NCBI GenBank assembly: GCA_965208905.1
Contig: OZ242365.1
Coordinates: 1,312,001 to 1,376,000, forward strand
Reading direction: 5' to 3'
Length of the DNA stretch: 64,000 bases
From: Nitrosopumilaceae archaeon
GTDB lineage: Archaea > Thermoproteota > Nitrososphaeria > Nitrososphaerales > Nitrosopumilaceae
Under the pieces are notes generated by a model. The model saw only the letters and a list, made by a program, of their open reading frames with translations, ran no database searches and was not told where the DNA came from. Below, in pieces: positions 63,029-64,000 of the stretch; position 1 is the stretch's first letter, and each line of letters starts with the position of its first letter. A program made the position numbers and the translations under genes.

Positions 63029-64000
63029 ATGAAAAAAAGAATTGCATTACATCGGAATTGACGTACACATGAGAAGATGTGTGGCCACCACCAAGGGAAG
63101 ATCCAAAAAGGTGTTAGACCAGTTTGAGTTCAACAACGACCTGCACGGGATACGTGCGTTCGCCAGCAGAATGCTGCGCCGCGAGTACACGCCGGCGGTA
63201 GCCGTCTTTGAGTCCACCGGTAACTATTGGAAGGTACTCCACAACGAGCTAGAGGAGACAGACATCAAGCCGGTCCTGGTCAACCCGTACGACCTCAAGA
63301 TCATCACTCAGGCAAAGTTTAAGGACGACCGGGTTGACTCTGAGAGGTTGTCCGACCTAGCCAGGGGAGACCTGTATAGACCATCCTACGTTCCCACCCA
63401 GAAAGAGATGGACCTGCGCGAGCTTACCCGCACCCGCCTGGATTTGCGGTACGACGCCACCGAACACAAGAACCACGTGCACGCTATCCTGACCAAATAT
63501 CCGCTCAAGAGGCCCCCGAATATCTACACGGCCAAGGGTATGGAATGGCTGCAGACCGCACCCGTCCGGAACTACGACCGAATGGCGCTTGACTCCCACC
63601 TGTATATCCTTAATGCTACCGAGAGACGCATATCCCTGCTGGAAAAGGAGATCTGCAGGATAGCCATCTTTGACCCGCGGGCCCGTCTTATGATGACCAT
63701 GCCCGGGGTGGGACCGGTCACCGCGGTGACCGTCCTGGCGGAGATAGGGGACACAGGCCGGTTCGCCAGGCCTGAGCAGCTGACCGCCTACGCGGGTCTG
63801 GTGCCGTCCCACAGGAACAGCGCAGACACAGTCCGGACCGGCGGCATCACCAAAGTCCGGATCCCGCTGGCTCAGGAACGCGGCCGTAGAGGCGGCGTTC
63901 GTGGCTGTCCGGCACGACCCATACCGCAAGGGTAGATACGAGCGACTGGCCGCCAGGAGAGGCCCGCAGAAGGCTCGGGTCGCCGCGGCTCGGGAGATGC
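63029..64000 (+). pseudogene. IS110-family recombinase, frameshifted, runs off window end
   Basis: YIGIDVH, FESTG, KDDRVDS, PGVG, YAGLVP...S; frame break near 63858 before GSRWLRNAAVEAA. Confidence 0.85.

Overview
Archaeal chromosomal segment, most consistent with an ammonia-oxidising Nitrososphaerota (Nitrosopumilaceae/Cenarchaeum-like). A host-associated lifestyle is inferred from the high IS and pseudogene load. Core genes include a divergent FtsZ, rpl31e/rpl39e, MetH N-terminal half, ScpA, Hsp20-Cdc48, a Grs-like radical SAM protein, CofE, two LeuCD-type pairs, rps9-rpl13-rpl18e-rpoD, CbtAB and ZnuBC. These are interleaved with IS3, IS630, IS481-like, IS1595 and IS110 elements or remnants. 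Highlights read from the sequence: (1) an intact TnpB/Cas12f-like nuclease enclosed by terminal inverted repeats and an exact 8-bp target-site duplication (CCAATTAT), with no transposase, and a second diverged copy at the window start; (2) two related SWIM-finger/IS6-like DDE transposons sharing a layout of transposase, divergent small ORF, and DNA methyltransferase plus nuclease (NotI-type in one, fused HNH in the other); (3) a vanadium haloperoxidase-like gene between 75-bp direct repeats; (4) a structured IS110 5' region resembling a bridge RNA; (5) a 1119-aa multicopper oxidase-cupredoxin-beta-propeller fusion. All family calls come from motif recognition by eye; no database searches were run.
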